From: Anaerolineales bacterium
GTDB taxonomy: Bacteria > Chloroflexota > Anaerolineae > Anaerolineales > E44-bin32
Assembly: GCA_046759305.1 (NCBI GenBank)
Contig: JBHIBY010000003.1
Location: 1-58,969, forward strand
Length of the DNA stretch: 58,969 bases
Direction: 5' to 3'
A program made the position numbers and the translations under genes. This document shows positions 17,664 through 27,247 of the stretch, one piece after another (the first letter of the stretch is position 1; the number at the start of each line of letters is the position of its first letter). A model generated the notes under the pieces. That model was not told the DNA's origin, ran no database searches, and saw only the letters and a program-made list of their open reading frames with translations.

Positions 17664-19031
17664 ATGGGAAAGCAGGCACTACCAACGGAACGCCCTCGGG
17701 AGCGCGCGCTGCTCGTTGGTGTGGAGCTCCGAGGAAGTAACCCCATTCTTTCATTGGACGGCTCGCTCAAAGAGTTAGCTTTGCTAGCTGACTCGGCCGG
17801 TCTGTCCGTCGTTGGAGAGATCAGACAGCGGCTGCAAAAGCCGGATCCGAAGACCTATATTGGCTCAGGCAAAGTGAGGGAGATCCGGGCCATGGCTGAG
17901 GAAACTCTTGCAGACGTCGTCCTCTTTGACGAAGAGCTCTCGCCGCGCCATCAGCGCGAACTAGAGCGGGAATTCGACGAAGATGTACGGATAATAGACC
18001 GCACTGCGCTGATCCTCGATGTATTTGCGCAGCATGCGCGAACAAGGGAGGGTGCGCTCCAGGTAGAGCTCGCGCAATATGAGTACCGACTCCCGCGTTT
18101 GACGAGAGCCTGGACTCACCTGGCAAGGCAGGCCGGCGGCGGAGCGGGGCGCACTGGTGCTTCAGGCGGAGTTGGGTTGCGTGGACCCGGTGAGACACAG
18201 CTGGAGGTAGATAGGCGAGATATCAGCAGGCGCATCGATCACCTGAAAGGTGAGATTGAAAAGGTGCGAGCCCACAGGGGGAGATATCGCTCCAGACGCC
18301 GCAGTTCCCAGGTCCCCACGGTTGCACTGGTCGGATACACCAACGCAGGCAAATCCACACTGCTCAATTACCTAGCAGAGGAAAGAATCTATGTGGCTGA
18401 TCAGTTATTTGCCACTCTGGATCCAACAACCCGCCGTATTGAGCTGCCAGGCGGCAAGGCGATCCTGGTAACCGATACTGTGGGATTCATACAAAAGCTG
18501 CCTACAACGCTTGTGGCAGCCTTCCAGGCTACGCTGGAGGAGATCTCAGAGGCTGACCTACTGGTTCACGTGGTCGATATCACTCATTCAGATGCGTCTG
18601 CCCAGGCAAGGAGCGTAATGGAGACCTTGAAAGACATTGGTGCGGATGAGTTGCCAATTGTCACAGCTGCAAACAAAATCGATGTACTCATAGATGCCGA
18701 GACAACGACTAATCTTTTCCCGGAAGCGGTACGGATCTCCGCTCTCAGAGGAACGGGCATCGCTAAGCTACTGGCGGCCATCGAGTATGAGTTGTACGTC
18801 GTCATGGTGCCAATCAGCGTCAACCTTCCATATGCGCAAGGTCGCCTGATCGGCCTGTTTCATGAGCATGGGCTCGTCGAGAGTGAGCAGCACGTTGATG
18901 GCTTAGTGAAGATGGAGGGGAGGGTGCCTAGGCGCCTTGCGTGGGCATTCGAGCCATATGCTGATCAGCACCCTGCGCGGGCCGGCTCCGATCCCCTGGG
19001 CGAGGACCTAGAGGAACCTGCGCTTGGTTGA
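17664..19031 (+). CDS. hflX: Ribosome-splitting GTPase HflX
   Basis: GPGETQLE, GYTNAGKSTL, LFATLDPTTR, DTVGF, NKID. Confidence 0.96.
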   Translation: MGKQALPTERPRERALLVGVELRGSNPILSLDGSLKELALLADSAGLSVVGEIRQRLQKPDPKTYIGSGKVREIRAMAEETLADVVLFDEELSPRHQRELEREFDEDVRIIDRTALILDVFAQHARTREGALQVELAQYEYRLPRLTRAWTHLARQAGGGAGRTGASGGVGLRGPGETQLEVDRRDISRRIDHLKGEIEKVRAHRGRYRSRRRSSQVPTVALVGYTNAGKSTLLNYLAEERIYVADQLFATLDPTTRRIELPGGKAILVTDTVGFIQKLPTTLVAAFQATLEEISEADLLVHVVDITHSDASAQARSVMETLKDIGADELPIVTAANKIDVLIDAETTTNLFPEAVRISALRGTGIAKLLAAIEYELYVVMVPISVNLPYAQGRLIGLFHEHGLVESEQHVDGLVKMEGRVPRRLAWAFEPYADQHPARAGSDPLGEDLEEPALG

Positions 19032-21942
19032 TGCCCAAGCGCAGAAGGAGCTTCGCGAGCTACTCGAAGAGCGACTTCGCGGGGAAGTGCGCTTCGACCC
19101 ATACGCTCGATCTCTATATTCCACGGATGCTTCCAATCACCAGATCACGCCGCTAGGCGTCGTACTTCCGAAGTCCGAGGAAGATCTCTTCTCAGTCGTC
19201 GAAACCGTCGCGCAACTGGGCGTCCCGCTGCTTCCCAGGGGTGGAGGAACCAGCCTCTCAGGTGCGGCCGTAGGCGAAGCGCTGATTCTCGATTGCTCCA
19301 AATATCTGGCTCAAATTCATAGCATCGACGCCGAATCCATGTCAGCAGAAGTTGGCCCAGGAGTGGTCTGCAATCAGCTGAATACGGCGGCGGCAACAAT
19401 GGGCCTCATGTATGGGCCGGATCCAGCCTCAGCGGATCGTGCGACATTCGGGGGCATGATCGGGACCAATGCAACAGGCGCGCACTCCATTCGCTACGGA
19501 ATGACAGCCGATCATGTTCTTGCAGTTGACGCGGTCTTGGCCGACGGCTCGGCTGCGCATTTCGAAGACATCAGTGTGAGGCAGGCTAAGCATAAGGCCG
19601 GTGGTAGAGGGTTGGAGGCAGGAATATACGCTGCAGCCCTGACCGTAAAAGGCAAATATGCCGACGCTGTGGAGGAGAGATGGCCGCGTACGTGGCGTCG
19701 TTCCTCCGGCTACAGCTTGAATTACTTGACCCAATACACCCCGGGGAAGCCGGCAGCCTGGTACCACGATCAATATCCGCCTGAATCTGAGTTCAATCTT
19801 GCCCCGCTGCTCTGCGGATCAGAGGGCACCCTGGCTGTGATGCGAAGAGCGGAAGTTAGGCTCGTCGCCCGGCCCCCACACAAGATCTTAGTCGTTTTGG
19901 GATTTGGTAGCGTAGCCCAGGCCTGCGACTATGCACCGGCCATACTGGAGTCAGAACCGGCGGCAGTAGAACTGATCCCTCGCACGTTGATCGAGCGAGC
20001 CCGAGCGGTTCCCGCCTATGCGCGACGACTGAACTTTGTTGACGGGGACCCAGCGGCATTGCTGGTAGTCGAATATGCGGGCAATTCCCAAGCAAAGGTG
20101 CAGGCGGCTGCACAAGAGCTCGGACATCGTGGGCGAATCCTGGCTGATAGCGCGGAGCGGGCTGACTTGTGGGCTGTACGGAAGGCTGGCCTGGGACTGT
20201 TGATGTCAGTTCCTGGAGACGCCAAACCCATAACCTTCATGGAAGACGTGGCAGTTCCGGTAGAGCAGCTCAGCCGGTATGTCCGGGAAGCCGATCGTCT
20301 GCTCGAAGCAAATGGGACGCACGGTGAGTGGTACGCACACGCCTCGGCCGGGTGCCTACATATGCGCCCTTTGGTCAACTTAAAGACAGCCGAGGGCGTG
20401 CAACAAATGCGAGCCATAGCCGATGCAGTGGTAGACCTCGCAATCAGCATGGGTGGAACCATTTCCGGGGAACACGGCGACGGTCTTTCACACACAGAAT
20501 ACAACGAACGGTTATTTGGCGACGAGCTGATGCAAGCCTTTCGTGAAATCAAGGGTGCGTTCGATCCTCATGGCATTCTAAACCCGGGAAAGGTGGTCGA
20601 TCCGACTGAGCAAAGCATACGGCTCGACATAAACCTTCGCTACGGTCCCGAATACGTCACTCTAGAGCCTGAAACGGTTTTCGCCTTCGCGAAAGAGGGT
20701 GGATTCTCAAGGGCGGTCGAGGCATGCACCGGGGTCGGTATTTGTCGCAAGGCAGGCGGAGTCATGTGCCCGTCGTTCCAGGCCACGCTCGATGAAACGC
20801 ATTCGACGCGCGGGAGGGCAAACGCGCTGAGATCATCGATCTCAGGTAGCTTGCCAGCCGACAGCATGACTAGCCGAGAGATCTATGAGATCCTGGATCT
20901 CTGCATTGAGTGCAAGGGGTGCAAAGCGGAGTGTCCGACGCAAGTAGACATGGCCCGATTGAAAGCCGAATTCTTGGCCCACTATCACACGGCGCATGGG
21001 TTGCCCTTTAGGAGCCGGCTGTTCGGCGAAATTGCCTCATTCTTCAAGGTCGTGCAGCCCATGGCGCCTCTGGTCAATTTCGCATCCCGGCTGACGCCAT
21101 TTCGCTGGTTACTTGGAAAAGCCGTGCGAATAGCTCCACAGCGCATCCTTCCTAAACTTGCCACCAAACGGTTCAGCGGTCAGATTGAGGGGAGAGCCAA
21201 CCACGAGGCCAAGAGGCGAGTGGCGTTTTTTCTTGATACCTACACAGAATTCAATAACCCTGAGATTGGCATGGCAGCTTTCCGGCTGCTGCACGCGGCC
21301 GGATTCGAGGCCGAAATGGTGCCAGAGCAAGTGTGTTGTGGGCGCCCGCTTATCTCAAAGGGCATGTTGGGGCGAGCTAAGCAGAACGCGAAACGAAATG
21401 TTCAAGCACTCGCTCCCTATGTGCGTGAAGGGGTACGAATCGTTGGATTAGAGCCGTCTTGCATTTCAGCATTGAGGGATGAGTACACCGATCTTCTTCC
21501 GGACGATCCGGCGGCGGCTGATGTTGCTCAATCAGCGATCTTGATAGAGGAGTTCATGGTGGAGCAAAACCTTTTAGTGGATCTTGAATTTCGGTCCGGG
21601 AATGAGCGCATCGTGTTCCACAATCACTGCCACACGAAGTCATTGATCGGTAGCCAGGCCACCACCGCGCTGCTACGTGCGTCAGGGCGGGAGGTGGAGG
21701 AAATACCCTCCGGCTGCTGTGGAATGGCTGGCTCCTTCGGCTATGAAGCAGAGCATTACGAGCTCTCAAGACAAATTGGCGAATTGGAACTGTTTCCCGC
21801 TGTTCGAAAGGCTGTAGATAATCAGGAAAACGTGCGATTTGTGGCCCCCGGCATGTCATGCAGAGCACAGATTCAGGACGGAACTGCGGTTCAGGCCCAG
21901 CACCCGGTTCAGTTATTAGCTGAGCTGCTTGTCGACAAATAG
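19024..21942 (+). CDS. FAD-linked oxidase fused to a 4Fe-4S/CCG domain (GlcD-GlcF/YdiJ-like 2-hydroxyacid dehydrogenase)
   Basis: PRGGGTS, GSEGTL, GEHGDG, CTGVGIC, CIECKGC..EC, CCG motifs. Confidence 0.88.
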   Translation: MVDAQAQKELRELLEERLRGEVRFDPYARSLYSTDASNHQITPLGVVLPKSEEDLFSVVETVAQLGVPLLPRGGGTSLSGAAVGEALILDCSKYLAQIHSIDAESMSAEVGPGVVCNQLNTAAATMGLMYGPDPASADRATFGGMIGTNATGAHSIRYGMTADHVLAVDAVLADGSAAHFEDISVRQAKHKAGGRGLEAGIYAAALTVKGKYADAVEERWPRTWRRSSGYSLNYLTQYTPGKPAAWYHDQYPPESEFNLAPLLCGSEGTLAVMRRAEVRLVARPPHKILVVLGFGSVAQACDYAPAILESEPAAVELIPRTLIERARAVPAYARRLNFVDGDPAALLVVEYAGNSQAKVQAAAQELGHRGRILADSAERADLWAVRKAGLGLLMSVPGDAKPITFMEDVAVPVEQLSRYVREADRLLEANGTHGEWYAHASAGCLHMRPLVNLKTAEGVQQMRAIADAVVDLAISMGGTISGEHGDGLSHTEYNERLFGDELMQAFREIKGAFDPHGILNPGKVVDPTEQSIRLDINLRYGPEYVTLEPETVFAFAKEGGFSRAVEACTGVGICRKAGGVMCPSFQATLDETHSTRGRANALRSSISGSLPADSMTSREIYEILDLCIECKGCKAECPTQVDMARLKAEFLAHYHTAHGLPFRSRLFGEIASFFKVVQPMAPLVNFASRLTPFRWLLGKAVRIAPQRILPKLATKRFSGQIEGRANHEAKRRVAFFLDTYTEFNNPEIGMAAFRLLHAAGFEAEMVPEQVCCGRPLISKGMLGRAKQNAKRNVQALAPYVREGVRIVGLEPSCISALRDEYTDLLPDDPAAADVAQSAILIEEFMVEQNLLVDLEFRSGNERIVFHNHCHTKSLIGSQATTALLRASGREVEEIPSGCCGMAGSFGYEAEHYELSRQIGELELFPAVRKAVDNQENVRFVAPGMSCRAQIQDGTAVQAQHPVQLLAELLVDK

Positions 21943-21960
21943 CCTTCAATTCTCCTTGCC

Positions 21961-21975
21961 ATTGCGCATAGCCAT
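21961..21975. repeat. 15-bp motif ATTGCGCATAGCCAT, copy 1
   Basis: Identical to 25852-25866; lies between two convergent genes. Confidence 0.6.
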
Positions 21976-22077
21976 AATTACAAATACACACGGACGGTGA
22001 ATCCAGCCTTACACAGTCTAGCTAGCAACTTCTATAAGAGTGAAATAGAGGAGGGGAAATAGCAGCGCTATTTGAGG

Positions 22078-23064
22078 CTAAGTTTCGTCCTCGAAGATCT
22101 CATGGTAGCCTCGATCGAGTTCATTGTCCGAGAGATGCGCATAGCGCTGCGTGACGGCGATGCTCTTGTGACGTGCGAGTTCCTGAGCTAGCTTTAGATT
22201 TCCTCCAGATCCTCGCAAGACGGTCGTTACGAAGAAGTGCCTGAACGAATGCGGCGTGATTGCAGCGCTTTGGCGATCGCCGAGCGCCTGGCGGGCACGT
22301 GCGTGGACGATGGAGCGCGCAGTGGTGGTTGATATGGGGAGGACTCGCTTTCCGGCGCCTTTGTCATGCCGAGCAAAGATTGGGAGTGCGCTAATGGGGC
22401 GACCTGAGGCCCCATCAAGCACGGACCGGCGGTCTAGATAGTTCTTCATGTGCCGCAAGGTGCGCCTAGAGAAGCGCACGACTGCCTCGCGGTCCCCTTT
22501 GCCAATTAGAATGGCCCGGCCCTCATTCCAGTCGATATCCCCACGGCGCATGCCGACTGCCTCATGAACTCGCAATCCGGTATCGGCGAGCGTGAAGAGC
22601 AAGGTGCGGTCGCGCAAAGCGCGCAGCCAATCTCGCTCGTCAGAATCATCAGAGGCAACAAGCGTCTTGGCATAGTCCAAAATGCTCTCGATGTCACGTC
22701 GTGGGAACTGGGGCAATCGCTGCCCGGGCCGTCTGGCACGTCGCCGGATGAGCAGTCGCAGCCTCGGAAGGTTGATATCAGCCTCATTTTCTGCGGCCAG
22801 GTATTCGTACCAGCCGGTGAGAGCTGTCAGGTACAGGCGCTCGCTCGCAGGCGAATAGGAAGCCAGGTAGCTCGCGAAATCAACAATCCAGTTCTCTGAG
22901 ACTTCCCGCACATCCATGGTTTCTGGCTCGTGGTCGTGATCCCGCAAGCTATCGCTAAAGGCGTTGACCGCGTTTCTATAGGTACGGGCAGTATTTGGGC
23001 TGCGGGAGGTCGCGACTCCAGCAAGATATTCTTCCAGCGTGTCGTGGACGGTTGCAGCGCTCAT
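22078..23064 (-). CDS. Tyrosine recombinase, XerC/XerD-like
   Basis: N-terminal SAM-like domain (SPNTARTY); catalytic TGLR, GKG, HSFRH, ARH, TQRY. Confidence 0.9.
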   Translation of the reverse strand: MSAATVHDTLEEYLAGVATSRSPNTARTYRNAVNAFSDSLRDHDHEPETMDVREVSENWIVDFASYLASYSPASERLYLTALTGWYEYLAAENEADINLPRLRLLIRRRARRPGQRLPQFPRRDIESILDYAKTLVASDDSDERDWLRALRDRTLLFTLADTGLRVHEAVGMRRGDIDWNEGRAILIGKGDREAVVRFSRRTLRHMKNYLDRRSVLDGASGRPISALPIFARHDKGAGKRVLPISTTTARSIVHARARQALGDRQSAAITPHSFRHFFVTTVLRGSGGNLKLAQELARHKSIAVTQRYAHLSDNELDRGYHEIFEDET

Positions 23065-23138
23065 TCTTGGCTAATACTAGCCACAGTATTCGATCGGCGA
23101 AAGCCGGCCGTTGCGAGCTCCCCCGCACCGTGAGCTAT

Positions 23139-23166
23139 CTTTGCGATAATAATACTTATCATAACC
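23139..23166. other. Putative dif-like Xer recombination site
   Basis: CTTTGCGATAA-TAATAC-TTATCATAACC: 11-6-11 layout with ATAA/TTAT inner palindrome, 75 bp upstream of the recombinase. Confidence 0.65.
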
Positions 23167-23419
23167 ATAAACGATTATATAGATACTTCCCTTAAAGTCA
23201 ACCTACTCCCCATTCAACTGGAGTTCCAGACCATCTATGTATCAGATCTGCGGGTCCATGAACAAGAGAATCGATTCGAAGACAAAACAATCTTATCGTT
23301 AGGAGGTGCCCTACCCTATTTGCGCCAGGTAACGGGCCTTGGATATGACTGGAATTGACGAAAATGCCGCTATTGAGTGGATTCTGGCGTGGATAGTTGC
23401 GAAATCACGCGAGCAGGGG

Positions 23420-24448
23420 CTACAGGGTTGTGATGAGACTGTCGTCTTCAGCGATGGATTGAACGCTGGCGTGGATCTTGGCGATATCTCCACGGTGCCA
23501 GCACCGCTCAAACGCCTCGACGATTGCAGGGTCAAACTGCTGTCCAGATTGGGAAAGGATCTCTTCAAAAGCCTCCTGTGCGGACAAAGCCGCACGATAA
23601 GGTCTATCGGAGGTCATGGCATGGAAGGTATCTGCTACCGCGAGCAGACGGGCACCGATCGGGATGTCCTCGCCGGCAAGCTTATCTGGATACCCCCCGC
23701 CATCCCAGCGCTCGTGGTGATGCCGAACCACAGGCAGCGCTGAATCTAGATACGGATTACCCTCAATCATATGCGCACCATAGACCGTGTGCATGCGCAT
23801 TTCATCCCACTCGGCCTCGTTCAGAGGTCCGGTCTTCGACAGCACTTTCTCGGGAACACCAATCTTGCCCACATCGTGCAGAATCGCACCAAACTCGAGA
23901 GCCTCGAGGTCATCCTGGACCCAACCGAGCTCTAAACCAAGTGCCTGGGAGTAAGCGTTCACCGCCTCGACATGACGTAGAGTGTATTCCCCGGCGCGTG
24001 CCTCAATGGCGTTGGCCATGGCACGCAGAACCGCCTTCAACTGCACAAGCATAAGCTCATCTGTGCGCTGCAGTCGCGCTCGAACGGCTGAAAGCAATTC
24101 GGGTCTGGTGACCGGCTTAGTAATGTAGTCGTCTACGCCGAGCGCCTTGGCGGCAAAGATGTCTTCGCGCGTCCCACGCGCAGTCACGAAAATGAAAGGG
24201 ATGGCCGCGCCATTTGGGCGCTGACGGACGGCCTTGTACAACTCAATGCCATCCATGCCAGGCATAGAGATGTCCGACATGATCAATGCTGGTTTTTCAT
24301 CACGGAGTGCTACTAAGGCATCTTTGCCGTTCGTAGCGGTGCTAACCACAAACCCTGAGCCTTCCAAAATGTCACGGAAGGCCACAAGCATGGCAGGATC
24401 GTCCTCCACGATCAGCAGAGTAGCGCCCTCGACTTGTGTTTCGGTCAT
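23420..24448 (-). CDS. Response regulator with HD-GYP phosphodiesterase domain
   Basis: REC (IVEDD, SDISMP) plus LHDVGK and HHERWDGGGYP. Confidence 0.9.
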   Translation of the reverse strand: MTETQVEGATLLIVEDDPAMLVAFRDILEGSGFVVSTATNGKDALVALRDEKPALIMSDISMPGMDGIELYKAVRQRPNGAAIPFIFVTARGTREDIFAAKALGVDDYITKPVTRPELLSAVRARLQRTDELMLVQLKAVLRAMANAIEARAGEYTLRHVEAVNAYSQALGLELGWVQDDLEALEFGAILHDVGKIGVPEKVLSKTGPLNEAEWDEMRMHTVYGAHMIEGNPYLDSALPVVRHHHERWDGGGYPDKLAGEDIPIGARLLAVADTFHAMTSDRPYRAALSAQEAFEEILSQSGQQFDPAIVEAFERCWHRGDIAKIHASVQSIAEDDSLITTL

Positions 24449-24594
24449 CGCGTGGTAGCCCCCAATGTGGATCTCTTTGAACCTTAGGCAGGCACAATTA
24501 TTGTCACGAGCCAAGATTGGCGCAATGTTACGCTGGTCTATCTTGGAGGTTTATACTCACTTCTGCTCTCGAAAGCTTGGAGCCAGGACCCAAA

Positions 24595-25047
24595 GTGAGC
24601 AAACGGATCGTAGCCAGGAACCGAAAAGCAATGCGTGATTTTACGCTCGAGGATCGTCTTGAGGCGGGAATTTCACTGCTGGGTTCCGAGGTCAAAGCAG
24701 TACGTGCCGGGCAAGTCAGCCTTAACGAAGCGCATGTCGCCATTGAAGCTGGCGAGGCCTGGCTGTTGAACGCGCATATCGCGGCATACGAACCCGCCAG
24801 CCAGCGGAATCATGAGCCGCGCCGGCCGCGCAAGCTACTCCTACACCGCCGCGAACTCGATCAGATCGGTGCTAAAGTGAAGCAACGTGGGTACACCTTG
24901 ATCCCGGTGCAAATGTATCTTACCCACGGCCTGGCTAAAGTCGAGATCGCACTGGCCAAGGGAAAGCGCCAGTACGATAAGCGGCGAGAGATTGCGGAGC
25001 GCGACGCCGAGCGTGAAATGCAGCGGGCACTTCGGCGAAAGCGATGA
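24595..25047 (+). CDS. smpB: SsrA-binding protein
   Basis: NRKA, EAGISLLGSEVK, RKLLLH, GKRQYDKR; GTG start inferred. Confidence 0.95.
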   Translation: MSKRIVARNRKAMRDFTLEDRLEAGISLLGSEVKAVRAGQVSLNEAHVAIEAGEAWLLNAHIAAYEPASQRNHEPRRPRKLLLHRRELDQIGAKVKQRGYTLIPVQMYLTHGLAKVEIALAKGKRQYDKRREIAERDAEREMQRALRRKR

Positions 25048-25829
25048 CGCAGCGCTCGATCGCTGCGATCAACCGGCTTCCTGAAACCCGGAAGCGTGGA
25101 ATCTACACCCGCTTCATCCCTACCCAACTTCTTGACCAATTCAATATCGATCATTCGCTCGAGGATGCTCATGGGTCGTCGCTAGCTAAATTCAGCTACC
25201 GGGACGGGTCAACCGATTTTGTGATTGAGCTGAAGCACGAAGTCGATGCAGAGGATCCGTTGTTTTACGCTCATCTCGCAGACACGATGAATGGCCAGAT
25301 CCATGTGCTGCTTTACATCGTGAACGACCCGCGCTCCGAGCGCTACGATGTAGACCGAATGCCCGATGGCCGTCGTACTCAATTCGGTCTGGAGCTGCGC
25401 AATTTGGAGGCGGAGCGCGCTGCTATGCAAGCTGGCTTGGCGCCGGGTCAGATCCGACAAGGCCTACGCTCAATGCCCTACGCTATCCCAAGTTTCGAGG
25501 CTTTTGTCGGATCCTTGGGACACTCAGTATTCTTCATTGAACCGCTGTTCTATCACAATGCAGTGATCTTTGAACGTTATGGCTTTGCATATATCCAGGG
25601 TAAGCGCCGAATGGAAGCGCTTCATCGCGGCTTTCAGCCGGGCGCGCGGCTCACGCTAAAACTCGATGGATCCACCCCATTTCGCGGCCCTTCCAATGCG
25701 ACGACGATCCGCGGTAGGAGCTGGGCTGTTCACGATGGGATCGCAGAGGAACCCTACACGGGGGTTACTATGTATAAGCGCTTGGGTGAGCACGCGCAGA
25801 TCAACACCTTCCCCGAAGCAATCTGGTAG
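25044..25829 (+). CDS. Conserved hypothetical protein, possibly with an acetyltransferase-like fold
   Basis: ATGA overlap with smpB; GLAPGQIRQGLR and EPLFYHNAVIFERYGF motifs. Confidence 0.65.
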   Translation: MTQRSIAAINRLPETRKRGIYTRFIPTQLLDQFNIDHSLEDAHGSSLAKFSYRDGSTDFVIELKHEVDAEDPLFYAHLADTMNGQIHVLLYIVNDPRSERYDVDRMPDGRRTQFGLELRNLEAERAAMQAGLAPGQIRQGLRSMPYAIPSFEAFVGSLGHSVFFIEPLFYHNAVIFERYGFAYIQGKRRMEALHRGFQPGARLTLKLDGSTPFRGPSNATTIRGRSWAVHDGIAEEPYTGVTMYKRLGEHAQINTFPEAIW

Positions 25830-25851
25830 CTGCGTCTATAACTTTATGTCT

Positions 25852-25926
25852 ATTGCGCATAGCCATGTTTCTATTTATAAAAAGAAATAAAAATGTATCG
25901 TTTGTATGTATATGGCTATACGCAAT
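25852..25926. repeat. Inverted pair of the 15-bp motif around a 45-bp AT-rich spacer
   Basis: ATTGCGCATAGCCAT (25852-25866) and ATGGCTATACGCAAT (25912-25926, one mismatch). Confidence 0.65.
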
Positions 25927-26047
25927 GAAGTTCCCTCACAAGTGCCGCCTAAGGACAATCGAACATTTTGCTAGCCAACGAGTGACTTCCGGTCCCCCGC
26001 TATCGCTGTTGATCGTAAAATTGCGCTGCGTGTTATACTCGGTATCT

Positions 26048-26443
26048 GGGGATGATCGGTATCGACGAAGGGGGTTGGAACCTGGTGGCAAGCCGAGAGG
26101 CGCCGAACTCGTAAAATCAGCGCACCTTAAAAGTGCCAATCGCACAAACTATGCGGCTCTGCCGCTCGCTGCCTAAAGCAGCGATGTAGAGCTGGTCCTC
26201 GGAAAGAGGGCACGCCTCCCACGACCGACCTCGACCGGGTGTGGTGAAGGCGGCACAAAGTTGAGGTGCCGCAGGGGAGGCCCCTAAACCTGCGAAAGAT
26301 GGACTTTCGGGTCCAAGCGGCTGGCTAAAGGTGAGCCCTTCCGGCCGGGCTCCCGGCAGCGAGAACACAATAGACCGGCCAAGCTTGTAGAAGCCTGGTT
26401 ACCTAAGCCTTCGGACGCGGGTTCGATTCCCGCCATCTCCACC
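26048..26443 (+). ncRNA. ssrA: tmRNA; tag peptide ANRTNYAALPLAA (26135-26176)
   Basis: 5' GGGGATG...TCGAC, 3' GGTTCGATTCCCGCCATCTCCACC, tag ending LAA-stop, TATACT -10 box upstream, smpB nearby. Confidence 0.95.
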
Positions 26444-26450
26444 TAACATC

Positions 26451-26494
26451 GAAGAGAGCGTCTACCAGCTAGTTACAGACGCTCTCTTTCTTTT
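26451..26494. terminator. Terminator between ssrA and the FHA gene
   Basis: AGAGAGCGTCT...AGACGCTCTCT followed by a T-rich run. Confidence 0.7.
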
Positions 26495-26513
26495 CATCGA
26501 GAATGCTCGATAG

Positions 26514-27182
26514 CTATACCGGGTTGTTTAGCCTGAAACCATGCCCCCGAACCGTCATAACGTAGTTGAAATCAGGGTCAACTTCGCTCAGCCGCTCACG
26601 GAGTCTGCGAACAAGCGCGTCAATGGCCTGCTCCGATACTCCCTCACCTGCCGAATCCGGCCACACGCTCTCAACGATCTCGTCCCGCGTGACGACCCGG
26701 TCCGGATTGTCATACATCAACGCTAACAAACGGAACTGCGGCGGAGAAAGCGGTGGTTCGATTTCAGCTTCGCCTAACCACACGCGGTGAGCCTGAGCAT
26801 CCATCCGCAGCCGTCCTAGCCCAAGTTCCGAAAGATTGGTTGAGCTGAGAGGTATAGTGGCCTCAATCCCCACAAAGACCATCTTCATAGCCAGGGCGAT
26901 TTGAATTTCATCTCCGTCCTGAAGCAAGACGCTTGTGCCAACTTCTATGCCATTCAGATGCGTCCCGTTCTTGCTTCCCAAATCCTCTAACAGGTAGCCG
27001 CTATCCGTTCGTCGAATCCGAGCGTGATGCCGGGAAACCTGGCGGTCCGGAACAATCAGGCCACAATCTTTTCCCCGACCAATGATCAGCTCTTCCGAAT
27101 CGAGCACCCACCTGCCGCCATCCAGCTTCCCGGTGTGGGCTATTAGAACTGGAAACTCGCCTAATTCATCCTTCATTGCCAT
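26514..27182 (-). CDS. FHA domain plus OmpR-type winged-helix transcription regulator
   Basis: FHA motifs IGR, VSRHHA, DLGSKNGT; C-terminal LVRRLRERL...TVRGHGFRL. Confidence 0.88.
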   Translation of the reverse strand: MAMKDELGEFPVLIAHTGKLDGGRWVLDSEELIIGRGKDCGLIVPDRQVSRHHARIRRTDSGYLLEDLGSKNGTHLNGIEVGTSVLLQDGDEIQIALAMKMVFVGIEATIPLSSTNLSELGLGRLRMDAQAHRVWLGEAEIEPPLSPPQFRLLALMYDNPDRVVTRDEIVESVWPDSAGEGVSEQAIDALVRRLRERLSEVDPDFNYVMTVRGHGFRLNNPV

Positions 27183-27247
27183 CTAAGAAGCCGAATTTCT
27201 ACCGATGAGTATAATGACTCTTTGGAAATTTCTCTCGCTCACACTCA

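Noticed and set aside
24488-24503. sigma54-like AGGCAC-AATTA-TTGTC upstream of smpB
   Set aside because: Lacks the invariant -12 GC; a TATACT sigma70-type box lies closer to smpB
25867-25911. AT-rich tract as a replication origin unwinding element
   Set aside because: No DnaA boxes or dnaA/rep gene seen; a dif-like site nearby argues for the terminus
25853-26368. ORFs 25853-26176, 25936-26145 and 26117-26368 (and 29-421 over tRNA-Leu)
   Set aside because: They overlap structural RNA genes; only the tmRNA tag portion is real
22078-26443. Integrative element using the tyrosine recombinase and tmRNA as att site
   Set aside because: No duplicated ssrA 3' end and no cargo; the intervening genes are housekeeping; the recombinase fits Xer better
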